Shown here: positions 57,688-64,000 of the stretch, one piece after another
Layout: each line of letters begins with the position of its first letter
Numbering within the stretch: position 1 is the stretch's first letter
DNA from: Bugula neritina
Taxonomy: Eukaryota > Animalia > Bryozoa
Assembly (NCBI GenBank): GCA_964035545.1
Contig: OZ037767.1
Coordinates: 3,235,680-3,299,679 of the forward strand
Direction: 5' to 3'
DNA length: 64,000 nucleotides
Translations under genes and position numbers: made by a program
The notes under the pieces: model-generated
The model's input: the letters and a program-made list of their open reading frames with translations, nothing else
What the model was told of the DNA's origin: nothing
Databases searched by the model: none

Positions 57688-60600
57688 TTAGCCTAAACCT
57701 CCTAAAATAGATCGTTCTAAGGCTATTATTGCAGACTGTCTTCTCAAAGCCTCTGACACAGCTGAAGTTTTAGACGAAGGTATTACTTCTTGTAAGGAAA
57801 ATGTGCTCTGCATTCTATGGTTGGCGTCGTATTCGGCTGCCTACAAACACAGTAACCTTTTGTAAAAAAATTCAACTAAAAATTATGCTGGTTTTTCAAT
57901 ATTTAGTGAGTGTTTCTTGGTTGTAAATCCCCTATCTTTTAGGAATTGCTTTGACCAACCTTTGGCTTGAATCAAAATATATTTATTGGAAAAATTAATA
58001 TTTTCTCACTACAATGTGAATTTAATTCTGCAGCACTTTTACTTAGCATGTGTTCTATGCTCACTGGCTAGCCTTAGGAATCACTGTGTAAACTGTTTGC
58101 CTACTAACCTTCATTTCCCGAATCATCATCCGGCGGTGCAGAGAATCTTCAAAGTTCTTGTATCTGGCGGTGAGGTTTTCCTGAATTTCTCTAAGATGTC
58201 TCTCTCTCCTTTTATGTGGACGCTCGAGCTCTACACTTTCATCAAATGTCACCATATATTGAGAGTAGGTAGACCTCTCTGATAGCACTGATTTCTTAGT
58301 ATCTATACCACCAAGATAGCAGCATACTCAGTTGTGTTCATACATGCACAGAAAAATTTACAAACATTAAATACATCTTAGTTTCCGTTAAAATAGAAAT
58401 GAATTAAAGCCAAATTCTCTAACAGGCTTCCATACTTTAATTTTCTGTACTTCATGTTCTTGTCGAGCGTTTGGTGGCTGGTTACTGACTACTGCATCAT
58501 ATTGTTTATTTTCATTATTTAAATAGATATACTAATTGTAGAGACACCGTTAGTAATGCAAGGCAAGTTTCAAAATTCAGGCAAACTTCAATTAAAGACA
58601 TAATTTTAAAGTCTTATTAACATGTGATTAATTCACAAAAATTTTTTTACAAGCTTGACTTTAATTAGTTGGATAACTTTAAAACGTGTCTTAGTTAAGT
58701 TAAAGCTGGAAGAAACAAAAATATATTTGATAGAAACTTAAGTTGTACTTCTTAAAAGTATAAGTTTTACTTAATAGAGACTTGAAGAAATACTACTTAA
58801 ATTTTTACTATACTAACTGGTAAGAGGTGATCTTTCAAAGCCTGGCCCAGCTGAAAGAGAATTCCTCTGATTTCTTATTCGCTGCTCACTTGTGGGTGCA
58901 GCTGCTGATTGGCTTCTTATGCTGCCATGTTTTGGCTGCTGCTGTTGCTGCTGCTGCTGCTGTGGTAGCCTATGCTGTGAGGCTGCAGATGAGGACAGTC
59001 TTGAGTTTGGCGAAAGCGAAGGGACAGCTAAATGAGCACTTTGCTTGAGGCTTCCAGGACCGAGTACAGAGTGACGGTAAAGAGCTGTCAGCTTAGCTCT
59101 GGCATTGTTGACTGTGGTGTTCACAAACCGATCATTCTGTCAATATCAAACAAAGTAGGCCTACTACATTTATTTATTACTAAACAAAGTTGAGGTTAAA
59201 GGTGCATTTAACATTTTAGCAAAGTGAAAAAAATGGTTTGTTGCAAAAATGATTACTTAGAAAAGCCAACACGTAATCTCTAGCATTATAAAAGTTATAA
59301 AAGATCAAATTTAGCAGAGACCAAGTCTGTGATATATTTCAAAATACAGAGGCCATTTTTGAGATGGGAATATAGTTGTGTAACCTTGTTTCAAAAACTT
59401 TACCAAACACCAAACTAATTGCTTATAGCTTATTCCAATTGTTGGTTTTATTTGCTGTACCATCTTTCATTCAGTTTTTACAAATTCAAATCTTAGTCTA
59501 TTCAAACAAACATTGAATATTTTGTCCCAACTTTTTAAAAACTTAAATATTTAGCCCAAGATCTTACCTTAAATGTTGGTTTATGAAAAGGCTTAAGTTT
59601 TGGTTTAATAAGATAAATATTTCTCCTTCTGGCTTTATTTGTATACAGTTTAGTAACTAAGGGGTCATCTTCTATCCACTCTTTCCTTGCTCCACCACTT
59701 ACATCACCTATACAAAAGTAATATAACAACAATGTAGTATATTTGTGTAGTAATGTGTAATAGTGCAATGCATTATGACTACTTGTTACTAAAATGGAGC
59801 AGTTTGTGTTCATATTACAGGCAGTAGGTGCAACTGCTTCCTGAAATTGCTTAAAAAAGCTGACTGATATACTGATAAATAATTCATTTATATTTTTTTC
59901 TCAAGTACATTATTCATAACAAGACAGTTGGGTGGTAGTAATAGACAACAAAACTTATAATGCTACATCTCACTATTTAGCTAGTTTCTATTTCAACTCA
60001 AATAGCATATTATAGTCTTATATAAATAAAGAAGTGAATCCCATCAGAATACCATTGAGTTTATTATAGAAGCCAGTTGCTAGTAAAAAGCATAAAACCA
60101 ATAGAAGCTGACAGCTTATGTCTCATGAGAGATATTGAGAGATGAGTGCAAATATTTACTATGGTTCAGCCAATCTTGATAATCAAACTTGATTATTTCT
60201 ACTTTTTATAGGCAGCCACGTGGAATAATTAGCTCTCTCAGCATGCTTGTCACATGCAGGATGTGTGACAGATTTAATTCCTGTATTTTGTTGAACAGCA
60301 GCCTAGAGGATCTCTGACCTTTGTTTGAAAAGCTAGCCACTTTCATGTGTCCTCTATTTTAGAGGTCAATAAATTACAAATGTTTCAATGTAGCATGAAT
60401 AACGTTGCCATGCATGTGCTTTAACTGCTTTCATAATATACAATATGCATGGGATTAATTTATTTTTTCAAGCTTGATTTTGTGCTTTTTGGAACTGATT
60501 GCCCCAATTGCAACTCTTACGGGTGACAGAAAACCAAAGCCTTTTTGCGGCTTTCGGATAGCAAAATGTGAGTTTGAAAGGTTTTTAGTTATTAACAGTT

Positions 60601-61791
60601 GGTAGCGAGTATTTACCTTTGTCATAATACTCTTCGTCAATAGCATCTTCGTCAATTTCTATAATGGTGCTTGCAGACCACCTCCTGGAACTAGGAGATG
60701 CTGAGAAACTTCGCGCCTAAAAGTTAGTCAGCATGGATAAATATTGCATTAAACTCACTGCATTGCTTGTATTTTTGCTACTTTCTTTGTTTGCTGGCTT
60801 TAAACTTGAGTCTTCTTCCAACTGATAAACTAATACTAAATGTCATTGAATTAGGTATTTTAGCTAAGAGTTGAAAATATTTTGATAGCTTTTATACAGT
60901 AGTGCTACACACTCACACACTCACACACTCACACACTCACACACTCACACACTCACACGCTATAGTATATACTCAAATATAGAGCAGCATGTTATCTTTA
61001 TCGAAAAATAAATACAAATAATCCGGTTTGCTTATAACATTTCAAGGTCAAATAAGTAGCAAGGTCACCATTATATAATTTTATCTATTCAAAAAAATTC
61101 ACCAGTAGACTGAAAGTGAAATACCTTTCTGGCCAGTGCTTCGTTAGTCAACTCATTCTGTTTTCTAATTTCTTCAAAAGCCTCACTCTGTGTCATTTCT
61201 GGTTCGCTATTTGGCGTGTTGGTTGTTCCTGACGACAGTTCTACCGCTTTTATGTGGCTATTATCAGCCTGTTTTATATATTTATCTTTCTCTAATTTAA
61301 GTCTTGCTAGTTCATCTTTAACTACATTTATTTCTTGAGAGTAGACCTGCAAATAAATTCTAATATTTACAACAGTGAAACAGCTAGAGAAGAAAAATAC
61401 ACTTCAGAGATAGTAAAATTATAATAATTCATGATATATTTTCACAGAATTATATGTAATCAGTTATTTGTACTAATCTTTTTTATTTTCTTGTGTATTT
61501 TTATTAATTTAGTTTGAAAAAAGTTGCTAATATCAATATATATATTCATATTGACAACACAATGCAAAGCTTTTTGTCAAATTACCAGCAGTTTTAGGCA
61601 TAATATTTGCACTTATCACCTCCACTTACCTTCATGTTAGACTTGAACTGTTTTGTGAAGGTATTCCGCAGTGAAATATATATGTTCTGATGCATTGAAG
61701 TCATGTTGCTTAGATGTTTAATTCCACTTTTAGTGTCTGGCATGGTTCTACGTGTCCAGAATTCGCCTGAGAAGGAAATATTGTACGCCAT
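57688..61791 (-). CDS. Uncharacterised protein with coiled-coil segments and a polyQ tract (~429 aa, 7-exon model)
   Basis: Phase-consistent GT-AG chain (minus) 61791-61630, 61346-61125, 60716-60617, 59707-59568, 59136-58818, 58302-58109, 57840-57688 = 1290 nt, no internal stops. No domain recognised. The first and last exons are uncertain. Confidence 0.65.
60907..60957. repeat. (ACACTC)n hexanucleotide microsatellite
   Basis: About eight perfect units. Confidence 0.95.
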
Positions 61792-64000
61792 ATTAGCTAA
61801 CGAAGGTTCAGCGATTATCTAATACTAGTGCAATAACTCAAAGATATTACAGCATGACTTTAACTGCTGATTTGATCATGTCATTAGCTGGTAATAAAGA
61901 AATCGTGTTGTAAGATAAATCACAAGTGATCAATTGATGGTTTGTATTTATAAACTGTTTGCTTGGCTTTGTTTTGAGTTAAAAGCAAATATTATCATAT
62001 CATTTAAATCTTGCAGCCCATTAACTGATTGCGTTGAAAGAACAACTAGCAATATGGGGGCATTAAAGAATGTTTAATCAAAGCTGATAATGAGTTCAAA
62101 TTATTATGAGGGCAGAAATAAAATGCAAAAATAAATATACAGAAATAATAAAAGCATAGAGACTAGAAAAATTCCTACACAACATTAAAAGAAACATTTG
62201 TAAAAACTTACATCTAGTAAATAAAATAGTTTTTCGAATAGTGCCAGATGTAAAGGAGCAAACCAAGTATTCTAGGTATTCTAGTTACTGCAACTTATTT
62301 TAATAACTAGACATACGTGGACGCGGTGCGTTTGATAACGTCTCAGTTATAGGCAGCAGTTCACGGCTGACTTGCTAAGGCAGTCAAGTACACTTCCTAA
62401 CTTAGAAAAGATTACACAACAATTATATTCAGCAACCACTTAGTGGTGTACATTAATAGATTATTTTCTTTGATGAATACTAATGAAGAAAAATTTCTAG
62501 CAATTAAATAAGATATACAAAATATTCGGATTTTCTTTCAATAAAGCTTTCAAGCTTCAATATTGATATGCTAAACACAATTCAGAAATATGATTACATT
62601 TGGAACTAATACCTTTCAAGTATCAAGGTGTTTGAATTTAGTCAATACAAGAACAATGTTTATTGTGAAGGTTTAAACATTTCAAAGAAATAATATGCAA
62701 GTGTAACACTTGTTTTAAAGGCTTATATAGCTTAATTTAAGTCAGCAAATCTTTTGAAACTTTAAACTTAATAATATGTCTTAGATACTGTATACAGCAC
62801 TAAGCTGAATAACAGTATACAATTATAATAGTATGGTTTACCTGATGATGCACTAATGTATATTTAATGTATTCACATGGTTTACAAGTGTTATATAGTT
62901 AATTATTTATATTATTGATTGATGATGCTGCCTGTTCAATAATAACATAATATACTATTCAAATAGTAGTGTCATACATACACATTATTCTAATGAAACA
63001 TATGATGTACAAATTACTACTACAGTTCTTAATTGTAGTTAGATAGTGTGCTACAACATGAGATGGTGTTAGATTAGCTGTCAACAGCTTTGTTAGATTC
63101 TCTGTTGGCCTAGACATGTCATGTTGCAAATGATACAATAACAAATCCGATAAACTAAATCCTAAATATATAATAGTTATAATATAATATAATATATAAT
63201 ATTATACGCAAAAGTACATTCTTAGCTTAATAGTGAAATTACTGCTGAAACATTGGTAATAATGAATTTCTCAATTAGCTGTTATATTATCTGTTAAAAA
63301 TGTTTGTATATAATAGAAATATATATATCTTCATATTATTCATAGTTTGTCTTGTTGATATATATAAATTATACACACCTTCTATCATAGTTAAAAGTTG
63401 CTCCCATATTTAATTATAGCTAAAGTAATAATGTTATATAACTGAAAAGTGATAACTTTTATGAAGACACCTGTATGCTATATATATGAAAGCCATTGGC
63501 GGCTCATTTGTACAGTTTTGATGTCTAAATATTTAATTACAGTATACATATATTTGCTATGGTTTATTATATTGTACAGCTGCCCATACTTAAATAAACA
63601 TCAACAATAGAGTAACCATTTATTGCAAGGTAATTCTTACAATCCCACAAAGATGTTTAACTTGTCAGACAGCTGTACTTTATAGTTACACCTAAACGAA
63701 TGGGGGTGAAAAAGACGGCAGTCACACAGGCTGTAAATGAAAGAGGCATGTATAGTTATTTATAAAAAAATGAACCTGGAAATAACTCTTACTTTTGTTT
63801 AAGCTATGTTATGTTTATGCCATTCAAATATTGAGTTTAAAGATGTAGAATACATTTGCCTGAAGTTATTTTGTCATCATAACTGCTTATTAAATTGCAT
63901 GGACATAAAATATCTGAAAAGAAAACTCAAAAGTCTTTTGAAAATAAGATTGTTAAATTTATTTTATATATAAATGTGGTTCATTGTTCTTTATATATAT

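Overview
AT-rich, intron-dense animal genomic DNA. It is probably a lophotrochozoan invertebrate such as a bryozoan, inferred only from composition and gene style. Manual GT-AG splicing with consistent phases gives seven genes: two tandem minus-strand melatonin-receptor-like class A GPCR paralogs (6.8-16.1 kb), a 24-exon WDR62/MAPKBP1 (+, 19.5-39.4 kb), CCDC85 (+), GTF2A1/TFIIA alpha-beta (-), ZFYVE21 (+), and an unrecognised ~429-aa coiled-coil/polyQ gene (-, 57.7-61.8 kb). Repeats include four copies of a tRNA(Thr)-like SINE, three copies of a foldback MITE family, a TA-flanked pogo/Tigger-like MITE and many intronic minisatellites. The most unusual signal is a heterogeneous 6-bp-periodic tract, not a simple microsatellite, just upstream of the first coding exon of WDR62, CCDC85 and ZFYVE21, accompanied by ATCGAT/ATCAAT motif clusters near three housekeeping 5' ends. 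Other notable items are twin Taspase1-type sites in TFIIA, minisatellites that duplicate splice junctions, an ISRE-like array and a Cys-to-Asp change in the FYVE finger. All calls were made by eye, without database searches.
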